DNA of 64,000 bases from Octopus sinensis (taxonomy: Eukaryota), in contig NC_043007.1 of NCBI RefSeq assembly GCF_006345805.1, positions 40,114,001 through 40,178,000 on the forward strand, read 5' to 3'. How positions within the stretch are numbered: the first letter of the stretch is position 1; the number at the start of each line of letters is the position of its first letter. Below are positions 25,148 through 38,772 of this stretch, one piece after another. Both the position numbers and the translations under genes were made by a program. The notes under the pieces are model-generated. The model searched no databases. It was given only the letters and a program-made list of their open reading frames with translations, and was not told the DNA's origin.

Positions 25148-25589
25148 TACATATATATATATATATGGCTTTGTTCCCAAAACAAAATCAACAGTGAATC
25201 AATATCTCCCATCGCTAGATATATAGTTACCCACCCAGGAGTATCATAAATTAGACAGAGGAAGTAATCAGGCAGAATGCTACATTTTTTTTTTTTCTCT
25301 CCACTAAATTACACTAAGATCTTAACCATAAATTTATAGACGTTTCAAAGTTATTTCCTAGGCGAGGCGGGGCAAGGCGAGGTGATTCTACACAGAAGCA
25401 TTTTATCTATCTTTATTCTTACTGTCTTGATTCCATTAATTCACATCGTTAACTCTTTTGTCTGATTATGCTTTAGTTAAACTGTTACACTTGAGTTTGA
25501 AACCAATCCTGTATAAATGCGTGTTTTTGGTTCTGTTTATTTATTTATTTTTTTGGATTTTTTTTTTAGTTGTTCATTCAGTTGTTCTC

Positions 25590-25633
<44 letters not shown>

Positions 25634-26399
25634 CTCTCTCCCTCTCTCACTCTATCATGCTGAAATAAAGTATATGATTATTTGGATATTAATAAGTTGT
25701 TTCAGGTCACTAAGCGCTTAAGTCAGTATAAGGATTATATATACATATACAAATATGTGTGTGTGTGTGTGTATACTAGCGGGCATACCCGGCGTTGCTT
25801 GGAATTTAAATGGCCTAGTTTGTATATATGGTACGCAATGGCCTAGTGGTTAGGGCAGCGCTCTCGCGGTCATAGGATCGCGGTTTCGATTCCCAGACCG
25901 GGCGTTGTGAGTGTTTATTGAGCGAAAACACCTAAAAAGCTCCACGAGGCTCTGGCAGGGGATGGTGGTGATCCCTGCTGTACTCTTTCACCACAACTTT
26001 CTCTTACTTCTTGTTTCTGTTGTACCTGTATTTCAGGGGGCCGGCCTTAACCGACGGAGTGCTTCCATATATGGTACAGTTAAGTAGAAATATGTGATAT
26101 ATGAAGGCGGCGAGCTGGCAGAAACGTTAGCACGCCGGGCAAAATGCTTAGCAGTATTTCGTCTGCTGTTACGTTCTGAGTTCAAATTCCGCCGAGCTCG
26201 ACTTTGCCTTTCATCCTTTCGGGGTCGATTAAATAAGTACCAGTTACGCACTGGGATCGATGTAATCGACTTAACCTCTTTGTCTGTCCTTGTTTGTCCC
26301 CTCTATTATTAAGCCCCCTGTGGGCAGTAAAGAAATAAGAAATATGTGATACGGGGGGAAGTGCAGCATTGACGACAGAACATTTGTGGAGTAAATTCG

Positions 26400-26850
26400 A
26401 CTCAGTGACATGTCATGCGTCTGTTTGGAAGATTCCAGGACCTGACCTTGTCATGAAAAGGTTGATGGTGGGTATGTGATTTTTGAACGCATCAAATCGC
26501 TCTCAATGGATATACTCTCCTTTGCGGCTGTCGGCATTGCCGCTACCACGCTGAACAATCAACAGACATAGGAACTACATCTATGTGGTAAATTAAGCCT
26601 AGGGGTGCGCTCAACAGCACTACATGAGAGAAATCTACATGAAAGAAATGATGTGGTAAGTGACGGGGGGGTTGCCAAGGAAGTGCTTGAAAGCAACACT
26701 GTCATGCAATATTTTGGTTTGGAATCTATAGTCGTGGCTCAACCATGCACTCCTTCGCGTAAACAGAGTGCGACCATTGTGAGGACAACTCGGCTCCCAA
26801 ACGAAAACAGCTCTGCATGCAGCGTCCGGGCACGCAAGGTCACATTAAGG
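26400..26850 (+). pseudogene. Degraded RTE LINE C-terminal fragment
   Basis: HVMRL..EDSRT and GLPRK-CLKATLSCNI resemble LRWxGHVxRMxDxR and GxPRKRxKDxLKxxL. Confidence 0.45.
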
Positions 26851-27300
26851 ACACGTTCTCTAACAAACGTGGCTGGGTCTTAGGCACCATAAATTAGTAA
26901 TTCGGTTTGTAATCAATAGGTGAAGAATATTTGTATGGGCTTCGTCTAAAGCTTAGAAGGAAGACTTTGAAATTGAAGCTAAAAGAAAATAGTTGAACAG
27001 TTGCTCAGGATTTAACATCTTTTAGCATATTTTTCATAATAAACATAGTGCGTTCCAAAAGGTTTTTAATTCCAACAAATTGCTACCTATGGTATAACGG
27101 GAACGGGCAATTGTTGCTACCACTTAGGCATCGGTTCATCCGTTTAATACAACCTACTTATATCATTTCAGTAGCTGTGAACTACGTTAGGGGTACGCGT
27201 GTCTGTGGATTGCTCAACCACTTGCACGTTAATTTCACGAGCAAGCTGTTCTGTTGATCGTATCAGCTGAGACCCTCGTCGTCGTAACCGACGGAGTGCT

Positions 27301-27336
<36 letters not shown>

Positions 27337-28454
27337 GGAAGAATGGAGTCGAACGACGATTTAACAAAATTCCTTTATTCTCGACATATGTTTCGAAGAT
27401 TGCATATTCTCAATTCTTCTATTCTTTCATTTATTTATAGTAAAAAAACACACAAATTTCCACACGAAAGCACGTGATTTCTGCCCTTGGCATGTAGCTT
27501 CAACCGTGCTTTCTGACGTGAATTTGCTACCCGGGTATCGGTTAACCGAATTATCCATACTAGGATAATTCATTCAACTACTTAAACATATATATATTAG
27601 AAGTAAGATGAAGATACCGATAGAATCAGGTACTTGGATAGGTATGCATCAGGTAGGGTCGGGTAATGACAGTGGTTGGTGAGAATAGAAATATCAGATA
27701 GGATATTTCGGTTGTATACACAGAGAAAACCAATCCCATGAGTATTTAGCTCATAAGGCACTGATCCAGATTACACGTTACTTTGAGTAGTACGTCGTTG
27801 GTATACTCTAGATGTCCGACAAGTCGTAAATTCCCATGGTGTATTATAATTAAATGAATAACAGACGGTGGATATATTAAGGCGGGGAGCTGGCAGAAAC
27901 GTTAGCACGCCGGGCAAAATGCTTAGCGGTATTTCGTCTGCCGCTACGTTCTGAGTTCCGCCGAGGTCCACTTTGCCTTTCATCCTTTTGGGGTCGATTA
28001 AATAAGTACCACTGGGGTCGATATAATCGACTTAATCCGTTTGTCTGTCCTTGTTTGTCCCCTCTGTGTTTAGCCCCTTGTGGGTAGTAAATAAATAGGA
28101 TATATTAATGTTTGTTTTATTATGTACAGTTATAATAAAAACAATTTTACATTAATTTGATGGGTTATTTTTGTAGTGTACAAATTCATCATTCTTATAC
28201 AAAAATGTTGCTGACAGTAACTTCGAAGTTTCGGTCAGCTAAGCCATCAGCAGACTACAATGCATTAGAGTTAGTCTTGACTCTACATAGTGTTTTTAGA
28301 GTTAAACTCTTCCTTTGATGTGTGTGTTTGTGTGAGATGGTAAAATAAGGTTTTGTGGCTGGTTATTATGGAAAGGTGTTTTGGAAAAATTTGTTATTGA
28401 TTAATAAACATGAGCCCTACTATCTTAAACCTTCTTTGTAGATCCTCTCTTGAA

Positions 28455-28877
28455 TCTTTTCGGTTTGAACGGCAGTTTTTAACATAATTTCTAGGTAACC
28501 AAAAGATTTTAAACTTCGTATACTGGTAGAATGTGTTTATAAAACATCTTTTTCTCTTGGCTTCATTGAGAAAATTCTATAGTTTGTAAGATATTTGCTG
28601 TTTTTTTTTCTTCAATTTCTTCAATTTCAACCAATCACTGACATCTGTTGAGCTAAAAAAACATTCTGTGCCGTATGAATATGTCCCTCGTTTAAGAAAC
28701 AGATTGGGTTTATTTACATTTGTGAAGAAAAAAAGATACCCTTCCCCCCACCCCTAACCCTAACTAACCCTAACCCTAAAATAGATTGAAATGCAATAGA
28801 TCAATACTAGGGTCATAATTACGGGTGACAATTTCATATGACACCGCTAGAAAAAACTACCGTTCAAACCGAAAAGA
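28455..28877. mobile_element. Non-autonomous TIR element with internal (CCCTAA)n
   Basis: 26-bp inverted repeats tcttttcggtttgaacggcagttttt / aaaaactaccgttcaaaccgaaaaga (1 mismatch); CCCTAA repeats at about 28752-28779. Confidence 0.75.
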
Positions 28878-29245
28878 ACCCCTCTCTTTGCTTATCTCCT
28901 TTTCACGAAGGGAGTAGAGAAGAGAGCTTTTTTTCTTTCTCTTCTCTTGTATATTAGAATCTACATTTCTCTGGAATTGTTTCCTCAGCCAATGCAATAT
29001 TTTTTGAAGGAGCATAAAACACGAGCATTTACTGTTTTAAACTTTCTTTGTAAATCCTGTCTTTCATACCCGCTTTTCAAAAAAAAAAAGGAGTAGAGAA
29101 GAGGCGATTGTCTTTTTTGTATTAGAATCAAATAGAATAGGTTAGCAGCGGCAATCCCCGGCATTGGTGGTGCTTGTTTCACACTAGTACAACTAGTAGA
29201 GATTTCATTGGTGGACGTTGATGATGTCATCACCAATGGTTCTAC

Positions 29246-29906
29246 CTTTACCTTTTCACTTACAGATTTAAAAGATAATTTTTTGTAACTGAACACTTTC
29301 AAACTTCGGACACTGGTAGAATGTGTCATATAAAATATCTTTTACTCTTAGCATTTTTGAGAAAAACTTATATTTACGAAATTATTTCACGTTAAAATTC
29401 TCGTATTTCGGTAATTTCAACCAATCAATGACGTGTATTCAGCTGAATAAAATTACTGCCTTTGTTTGTCAACATCAACTATTGACGGTGTATTTTTCGT
29501 ATGTCACTGTTATTTTTGACATCGTTCGTGCATTTGTACTGGTTTTAAGATTTTAGGGTTAGGGTTAGGGTGTTAGGGTTAAGGTGTTAGGGTTAAGGTT
29601 TTAGGGTTTGGGTTTTAGGGTTAGGGTTGTTATAAATAACAGTGACAAGCGAAATATACACCGCCGGAAGTTCTTGTTGACAAATGACAGCAGTAATTTT
29701 ATTCAAGAATATACGTCATTGATTAGTTGAAATTACCGAAATAGGCCAACTTTAACGTGAAATAACTTCGTAAATATAAGATTTTCTCAAAAATGCTAAG
29801 AGTAAAAGATGTTTTATATGACACATTCTACCAGTGTTCGAAGTTTGAAAATGTTTAGTTACAAAAAAATTGATTTTTAAATCTGTCGGTCAAAAGGTAA
29901 AGATCC
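29246..29906. mobile_element. Foldback element with about 270-bp inverted arms and a degenerate (TTAGGG)n loop
   Basis: Left arm 29246-29515 is the diverged reverse complement of 29634-29902; TTAGGG-like repeats at 29553-29628. Confidence 0.85.
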
Positions 29907-30336
29907 CAGTGAACTTTTTTCTTCTCTTTCTTAAATTTTAAACCCTTTTAAATAAATATCAGGAATATAACCAGAATGTAGATAAAGGGTTACTGAAATA
30001 TTTCAGCTTTTAAATTCAATAAATTGAATTGCTGCTTGTTAAGTTTCTTTTCTTCTTCACTAACTTCAAATTCCAGTCCAAATGAAATTGGTATGCGGAA
30101 GTTATTTTAAACCAGTCATGGGAAAACTGAAGTGCACGTGACTTTCTGAACAGCATTCCAACGAAAAATTGACTATGAATGTTTTTATTAGTGTGGCCCG
30201 CCTGATGATATGCCATGTCTTACACGGCCGACTTCTCGAAAAAGATTACCAATTCTTGCTTTAAGCTGTCTAAACACTACATTTCTTAGCCCACCAGAGA
30301 GACATTATGTATATGAATATGTGAGTATGTGTATTC

Positions 30337-30381
<45 letters not shown>

Positions 30382-31738
30382 ATATATATAATATATATAT
30401 ATATATGTACATACATACATGCATACATACACACACATGTTTCTATACAGATACATGTGTATATTTGTGTGTGTTTTTGTCTGTGTTTAAATCTATCTAA
30501 AATCGTGTGGCTTTATGTTTTGCTTCCTTTTATGTAGCGAATATAGTGGTTAGACAAATAGAGATCGATTTTGGTTAACTAATGGGATTGATATGATCCG
30601 TTAAAACCCTTGATGGCTGTGCTGCAGAATGGCTACTCTTCTACCACCAAAAGCTATAAGATTAGCGTGGTAATGTCATTCTTGAAGATCTGCAAAGCGA
30701 CAGATGCAGGGAAAAGTTTAACATGCAGCTTACAGACATTAAGAAAAGTGAAAGTAAATTGTCCTAAAAAAATGAAAGTAATTTGCAATAGAAACTGGAA
30801 GTGACGAGACTGTTGAAGGGCGATGAATACACCAGGAAGAAATAGATCTTCATGTGCAAGTGTGGTAAAACAAATTTAGAGATCGTGAAAAATTATTCAC
30901 GAATACCGTTTTCGTGCATAACTGTTCTGTTTCCCGTAAATGTGATTGCTTTCATCTTATTAAAAAAAATATATATGTATAGTTTTTCATATTATATAAC
31001 ATATATACTCTCTTTTTACTCTTTTACGCTTTTACCTGTTTCAGTCATTTGACTGTGGCCATGCTGGAGCACCGCCTTTAGTCGAGCATATCGACCCCAG
31101 AACTTATTCGTTGGAAGCCTAGTACTTATTGTAACAGTCTCTTTTGCCGAACCGCTAAGTTACGTGGACGTAAACACACCAGTATCGGTTGTCAAGCGAT
31201 GTTGGAGGGACAAACACAGACACACAAACACACATATACATATATATACATATATACGACGGGCTTCTTTCAGTTTCCGTCTACCAAATCCACTCACAAG
31301 GCTTTGGTCGGCCCGAGGCTATAGTAGAAGACACTTGCCTAAAGTGCCACGCAGTGGGACTGAACCCGGAACCATCTGGTTGGTGAGCAAGCTACTTACC
31401 ACACAGCCGCTTTGTATGTTTTATACATTGGTTATGTCATACACATTGTTTACATGAAATTATGAGATGTCACTCTCCCGTAACTTGCGGTTTCTATTGC
31501 AATTTACTTTCATTTTTTGGACAATATTCATTCACTTTTTTTTTACGCCCATAAACTGCTTGTAAACCCAGAGCTCCTGTTCTGGGAAAAGCATGATTGG
31601 ACGTAGTGTTTTATGTTGGGTCTGTGAGGGAGGTATATGCAATCACAATATGGGTCACGAAGAAAGGGGAGACGATTATGTCCATTGGACATGGATGAAA
31701 GTAACACGACAATAATCAGCTCTAAGGTACCGTGGTCG

Positions 31739-31790
<52 letters not shown>

Positions 31791-32151
31791 AAAAGGTAGA
31801 AAGAGGGGACAGCACAGATTGAAAGTAGGTCTTTTATTATTTTACTGGATTCAGTGTTTGAGTGCGGATATTCTGGCGCATCACTATACCATCAAGGGTT
31901 AAAGCGAGTCATATTGATCCCATTACTTGTTTTTCTATTGATCTCTATTTGTCTATCCACTATGTTTGCTACATAAAAGAAAGCATAAGCCTAAACAACA
32001 CAAGGTTTATAGATCGATTTAAACATAAACACAGACAGAAACACAAATAAATAAATATAGGCGTGTATATGTGTGTGCATAAATCATCGTACAGACATAT
32101 ATATCCATATTCAGGGAAATAATCTAGCTATCATAGAATAACAACGTACAG

Positions 32152-32182
<31 letters not shown>

Positions 32183-32609
32183 ACACACACACACACACAC
32201 ACGCATCTAGCTGTATTATTGTCGAGTTATAACGATTCAGTCATTTTATAACTTATACAATCGCAGTAAAATCGAATCATTATATTTCATTTACTTCTGT
32301 CTAAACCCTTGCCTGTCCGAAATTTTTCCGTTAGACCCCCCCCCCCCCATCCCCCCACTAGTTTGCAGTTTGTGTTTTCTACATGCATCTCTCGCTTCAT
32401 CCAACCTTTTCCAAGCTAACTCCAAACTTCCCCCGCTTGATAGCTTCCTGTAACTGCGACACATCAAGATCCTGATACGTTGATCTTTTTGCATCGAGTT
32501 GTGCAGAGCTTTCTTCTCACTGATTTAATGATCTCTGCCCATAGCTAGTTTTGATCGCTTCCGATGTTGAATGGTGCCCCATACGCCTCTAGTCTCACCT
32601 TTATAAGTT

Positions 32610-33006
32610 ACTAGCAGTATCGCCCGGCGTTGCTCGGGTTTGTTTCGACCCTTTAGAATTGGAATTTTTGAAAAGTAAAAATTTTGCATTATGTAGCTTG
32701 TTATTCTCTCTAAGTGAACATTTTTCTGGTTGAAATACACCGAAAAATGGCGACACAGCAGTAAAAAAATCGTTAAAAAATAGGGATTTTCATTAAAAAA
32801 AACCACCTTTTTGATGTAAATAATTTTTGGTGTTAACATGGTCCGATTTGAATTTTTTCTTCTATGGAATGAAGAGCAAGCCTTCTTCTATTATACTCTC
32901 ACGTTTGGTCAACTTGCGCCGCAGGGTTTCGGAGGAGATAGTGTTAGTTGAAGGCTACCAAACCTGCCATACACAGACAACTTCACCTTTATCTATATAG
33001 AGAGAT
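32610..33006 (+). mobile_element. Second Helitron/Helentron-like copy
   Basis: Aligns end to end with 19925-20316. Confidence 0.65.
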
Positions 33007-33484
33007 TTAAAAAGGTCATTATTTTCTGTAGACAGTCGTTGCGACTGTGACCGTTCATGGCTTTGACATGACTTGATATGCTTTCTCCATATTGGTAGAT
33101 TTTTTTCGCTTGTGTTTGCCATTTATTATAATCAATTCCTTTCCACTTCATGTTCCCTTTTGCTGTATCTTTAAATCTTAGTCTAGATCGTCTATGGTTT
33201 CCTTACTTCTTACAGAATTGGGAGTAAAGGATTTGTCTAGAAAGTCTGTTGTTGTCCATCCTATGTACGTCACGCAACCAACGTAAATTTCTGTCTATGA
33301 GCATTTTCCAACCTAAGAGGCAGACCAGCCCGTCGTTAGGATCACTTCATTCCTGAACTTGTTAAGGGGAGTGAAATTCATAATTCGTCGTAGCTGTCTA
33401 CTATATGCATGTAACGTCTCTACTTGAGCTTTATAGATGGTCCAGGTTTAGCTCCATACAGCAGGGAAGAAAGCACAAAAGAAC

Positions 33485-34630
33485 GTAGTCACCAAATTAT
33501 CGAAACACCTTGATGACCAGCAACCGAGGGAGTAAGCTGATTTCTGTATGAGCTATAGGATTATGGATCGACTCATACTCTAAAACAGCTTAAAAAACGA
33601 GCGAAAGAATACAATCTGCTTCTGTGCATCGCTTTCGTCGACTATGGAAAGGCCTTCGATAGTGTCGAGATAACGCGGTGTTGAAATCTCTAGAAAATGC
33701 AAATTGTTGAAGCGCATACCCCAAACTGCTCAGGGATGCGAATTCTAGATGCACCACTGATATAGCTCTGCTATCACCAACAATAAAAGTTGAAATCGGG
33801 AAGAGCGTCAAACAAGAAGATACTATCTCTCCAAAGCTCTGATCGCATGTCTCCCAAATGGTCATCAGAGAGATTGATTGAACAGGTGGCGTGAACATCA
33901 ACGGTGAACTACTAACACCTCAGTTTCGTAGATGACATTGTACTTATCACCGAAATCACAGCCTATGCTGACAATCATAGATCAACAGAAGGCCTTAAAA
34001 TGAACTGCTTGAAAATAAAATAGATGCGGTCTGAAAGCATAATACATGACCGAATAGGGGTGGAAAACGATGAAATCGAGGAGGTAAAGGAATGCGTCTA
34101 GGGAACAAAATGAATATGCGCCGAGGCATGGATATTGAAATCCCGAAGATAATAAGGGTAGGATGGAAGGCATTTACCTCAGTGATAGATGTGCTCAAAT
34201 CAAAGCTGAACAAGACCCTATGTACCAGACTCTTCAAAAGCACCGCCCTGCCTGTGCTCAAATGAAACGAAGGCTACTACGAAGGAGGAAGAACATCGAT
34301 TAGTTACGACACAAAGAGTTATGCCGGGAATATCGTTGCAAGAGCATATCCGAAATGAGTTCATTCGAGAACGGATCGGGAGTAAAATGAAGTGATCGAA
34401 AATACGGAAAGCACATTTTCCATTGGACCAAACATGTCGCAAGGTACACAGACAATAGGTGGAGCCATGTAGTTGCATGAGTGGTATCCAAAAGTTCGGA
34501 AAAGACGACGGTCTTTCAGAAGGCCTCCACGACGATGGAAAGACGATTTAGTTAATCGATTTGAGTCAAGACGGAAATGACGCAGTCAACAAAGAATTGG
34601 AAAAACATTGTGATCAGTGGTGTATAACAA
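33485..34630 (+). pseudogene. Degraded RTE-clade LINE (RT to 3' end)
   Basis: LDDQQPRE*A, AKEYNLLLCIAFVDYGKAFDSVE, DTISPKL, VDDIVLI and RPPRRWKDDL. The minus-strand ORFs in the track are its antisense. Confidence 0.8.
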
Positions 34631-34970
34631 CACCCGATAGTCTGGTCGATTGAAAACTTAAGCATGGTTCACGACTAAAGCTTTCAAATATACATTTACA
34701 TTTAGTTACATTATATGTCTGACAGCTATTGATTCCCGTAGCATTGTACATAAACATCTGTTATTTAATTAACTATTTAACTGACGTAACACATACATAA
34801 ATATATTCACACAGGCGTGGCTGTATGGTAAGAAGTTATCCTCTCAAACACATGGTACTGGGTTCAGTCCCTCTGCGTAGCACCTTGGGCAAGTGTCTTC
34901 TACTATATCCTCGAGCCGACCAAAGCCTTGTGAGTGGATTTGGTAGACGGAAACTGAAAGGAGCCTGTAG

Positions 34971-35003
<33 letters not shown>

Positions 35004-35594
35004 ACATTAGATCAAATTTACAGAAGACAAAAGATGAAAACAGATGAAGGAACAATAAGCAGGTGTATTAGTTTAACGCTCTCGAAGAATGGAAAAGTTT
35101 TTGATCTTTCGAGCCTATGCTCTTCGACAGAAAGATTGAGAGGGAAAAGCGAAGAAAAAAGAGAAAACGAAAAAAAAAAACGGAGAAAAAAGTGTAGGGA
35201 TTATATATAAATATATATATATGTATATAAAGACACACACACATTTATATTTATGTGTGTATGTGTATTTGTGTCTGTGTTTGTCTCCCCACTACCGCTT
35301 GACAACTGGTGTTGATGAGTTTACGTCCCCGTAACTTAACGGTTCGGCAAAAAAGGCCGATAGGATAAGTATCAGGCTTAACAGTAAGTACTGGGATTGA
35401 TACGCTCGGCTAAAAATTCTTCAAGGTGGTGCCCCATCTTGGCCGCAGTCTAATGGCTGAAACAAATCAAAATTAAATATATACATACACATACATAGAT
35501 ACATAGTCACACAATCAGAGGACTATATTGTCTACTGCACCCTTACCATATTTTTTTCTGGAATGGTAAGGTATGATTTTAAAGAAAAATTACA

Positions 35595-36020
35595 AAAGGC
35601 TGCTTTTTGTCTAGCAGGTAGCAATGTGCTGCCTACTTTCTACAGTCCCAGACTCGCAGCTGTGAGTAGATCTCGTGGAACAGTTAAAGTACTCAAATCA
35701 CACCGTACCAACAACACTCCACCCATATATAGTGATCTTTTGGAATTCCACCAAACAAGTGATCATATGAGAACCGACTGTGCTCTGGGAAGAACACATG
35801 AGAGGAAGCTCAATAAAGGTAGCTTACCAAATATATCAAGATCTGGTAGAGCAGTGCAGAAATCAGGGCTGGTTAGGCACGCTGGGGTTTTAGTTGGGGG
35901 CGTTCATTCTGCAAAGCCTGATTCGACTTGGAATTACTGGTACAGTAAAGAAGAACACCATAAATTCCTTTTCCGAAGCTAAAGAGAAAGCCGCTAGGTG
36001 GCTTTGGATAAAGAGGGCAG
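35595..36020 (+). pseudogene. HERO/NeSL-like non-LTR retrotransposon C-terminus (restriction-like endonuclease)
   Basis: VDLVEQLKYSNHTVPTTLHPYIVIFWNSTKQVII*EPTVLWEEHM..QDLVEQCRNQGW..LGITGTVKKNTINSFSEAKEKAARWLWIKR matches the TTLRPDIV..ELTVPWEE..EAAEKASRWLW pattern. Confidence 0.75.
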
Positions 36021-36359
36021 GAGGTTTGCTGCTATTAGGAAGCAGAGTAGGGACATACATAGTGGGATGGGAATCTGATGCTGCATCCCAAGGTATCCAG
36101 GAGATGTTTCTTGGAACTAGAATTGACGAACGTTCAGTCCAGTTGTTGACTTGGGAAGGTATCTCAGACTACAATAAGCTGGAAACCTACCCAGGAGCAA
36201 GTAGATTGAATGGGTAGTTAATGTCTTTTATCTGCAGTATATGCAGGCGCGAGAATGGCTATGTGGTTAAGAAATTTGTTTTGACAATCATATAGTTTCA
36301 GATTCAGTCCCACTGCACGGCACCTTATGCAAGTGTTTTTTGGGTTTTTTTTTTACTAT

Positions 36360-37703
36360 AGCTCTTGCCGTTTTGCGACAGTTAGACATTTGTTTTTTAA
36401 ATGTGTTTCGCTGCCGCACAGATAGCAGCGTGCCGCCTGCCTCCACCACTACAAACAGCATGTAACCGTTCGTCAGTTCGATAGAATTTGGGATTTTGTT
36501 TATCAAATTCTGATCGATCTGCAACATAATTTCAATTATTTTACCAACCCAGTTCTGTTGTTCTAAAACAGCAGTTTCTAGTATGGTACTCTCCTCCATT
36601 TCGAAACAAATGGCAGATAATAGCCATTGTGTCTCTGTTTCCGGAGGCACATTTTTTATTGTGACTTTTGCCACTCATTGTCCTAGGTATGTTGTTATCA
36701 TCACTAATTCATCTGTGTAGAGAGTTAGTGTTGAGAACCGTTTGGCTAGGTTTTCATTCTGAAAACGGACTTGAACTGTGTCGAATTTATGCCACCAGTT
36801 TACACATTCCTTGTGTGCCCATACAGGGCGAAGGCATTTCTCAATCTTCTGTTGTGGTGCATTTTCAAGTTTTCTTGTTTTTGTGCTAATTATTTTGTAA
36901 ATCATTCATCTTTTTGGGGTTTGTTCTATGATGTTTTGAGGAATGTGTAATTTTAAGTTTGAACCTTCTTTGTTAAGAAGTACTTTTGTATCGTTGATTT
37001 GTTGGGCCGTGAATTTGACCATAGTTTTCTTTTGTTTTACAGCTTCAGTGAAATTTGTTTTGTCCTTGGTAGTGGTGGTGTTGGTGGTGGTGGGGTATCG
37101 GTAGCAGAGGTGGTAGTTGTGGCAGTGGAAGTTGTGACAGTGGAAGTTGTAGCAGTGGTGTTGGTGTTGGCGGTACTGCCTCTGGTGGAAGTCACAGTGG
37201 ACGGCTTTGCGATGATTTCGTTGTTCTAGTTGGTGGTGGTGGTGGTAGTAGCTGTGGTACTCTTGGTGGTGGTGGTGACAGGGCTGTTAAAGATCGTGGT
37301 TGCAGTATCAATGACGTTGACAGCGTTTACCTTCACGTCTCTCAGACTTGCCTTTGATTTATTTGTATTTTTCATGTATGTAATTGTATTCGAGTGTGTG
37401 TGTGTGCAGGAGTTATTCTTTTTTTTTTCTCTGTCCTAGCGTTTCAAGGCTAGGGAAATGCTGGTCCATGAACGAATTTGACCAACGCTCCATTATGAAA
37501 TTTCTCGACATTTTTTGAAGGGGAGAAGAAAAATAGAATTTTAAATAGGGTTGAAACTGCACCTCGGGGGCCAATTCCTCCTTGAAAACACACTCGAACG
37601 AAAGTTGGGTGCTTCACATACCATGTGTGCAAAAATTAAAACAAAATGTGTGCAATAACAGGTCGAAAAAGCGATTAGCTGCGGAGCCTATGCGACAGCA
37701 TGT
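36360..37703 (-). mobile_element. 5' portion of an L1/Tx1-like LINE: 5' UTR, Thr-rich region and gag-like ORF1 with a CCHC zinc knuckle
   Basis: Track ORFs 36675-36905 and 36288-36674 are in one frame, separated by a single TGA. After a frameshift, CYLCGSETHLKNKC (CX2CX4HX4C) at 36427-36386. The 5' end abuts (TATC)n. Confidence 0.65.
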
Positions 37704-37763
37704 CGATAGATAGATAGATAGATAGATAGATAGACGGACGGACGGACGGACGGACGACGGACG

Positions 37764-37866
<103 letters not shown>

Positions 37867-38445
37867 TGTGTGTGTGTGTGTGTGTGAGTGAGAGGACCAA
37901 TTGATTATCAATCAGCTCAGCAGAATTGACAAGAAATGGGTGTTCTGAAGAATGCAGAATGGTTTCTACGGTTCATAGTACAACTAAAGAATCTAAGAAT
38001 GTCACATTAAAGATATTTCGTTATATGCTTTTTATTGTCCCACCCATCATCTCTTTCTCTCTACCTTCTGGCCTCTCTCTCTCTCTCTCTGACGCACACA
38101 CTCTCTCACTCTCCCACTCTCATACATACAAATTCGTATGAGCTACGCCGACCAACAAATTCTGGTTTCCATCAACTACTTCAGACAAATCCGATGTTAA
38201 TTTTAACTTTTTATTTTTTGAATAGTCATCTAACTCTCTCTCTCATTTGCTTTCAGTCTCTCTGGGTCTCTTCCTTTATCTGTCTTTCTCTCTCTCCCTC
38301 CTCTCTCTCTCTCCCACTCTCCTCTCGTTCTTTATCTGTTTTTATCTTTCTTTCTCTTTCTCTATTTCTCTCTCTATGTTGCTTCTCTCCGTCTCTCTTT
38401 CTTTATCTGCTGTCTTTATCTCCCTCTCACACTTCCTCTTCCAGT

Positions 38446-38484
<39 letters not shown>

Positions 38485-38498
38485 TTTCTGTGTGTTTG

Positions 38499-38529
<31 letters not shown>

Positions 38530-38772
38530 TGTGTGTGTTTGTTTCTGTGTGTGTGTTTGTGTTTGTGTGTGTGTGTGTGTGTGTGTTTCTGTGTGTTTGT
38601 TTCTGTGTGTGTGTGTGTAAAACGTGTGTACGAATGCAGAACGAGAACAACGAATGATTTTTTTTTTCAATTACGCAAAAATCAACGACTCTCGTCTGCT
38701 TTAATGAATATCAAAGATGCTATCAGAATCTCTTGTATCTTGATAGTGGCCTTGAGCTTGGCTCCAATATGG

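Noticed and set aside
27376-27394. Hammerhead at GAAA-CAUAUG-UC (minus), and a similar one near 42900
   Set aside because: Only the 3' half is present; no CUGANGA and no stem I partner upstream.
28985-29556. ORFs 28985-29329 (-) and 29323-29556 (+)
   Set aside because: They run through the foldback arm; no coding signature.
29553-29628. True telomere or chromosome fusion site
   Set aside because: Short, degenerate, single orientation and enclosed by transposon-like arms.
33590-34491. Minus-strand ORFs of 63-103 aa
   Set aside because: Antisense of the degraded plus-strand RTE element.
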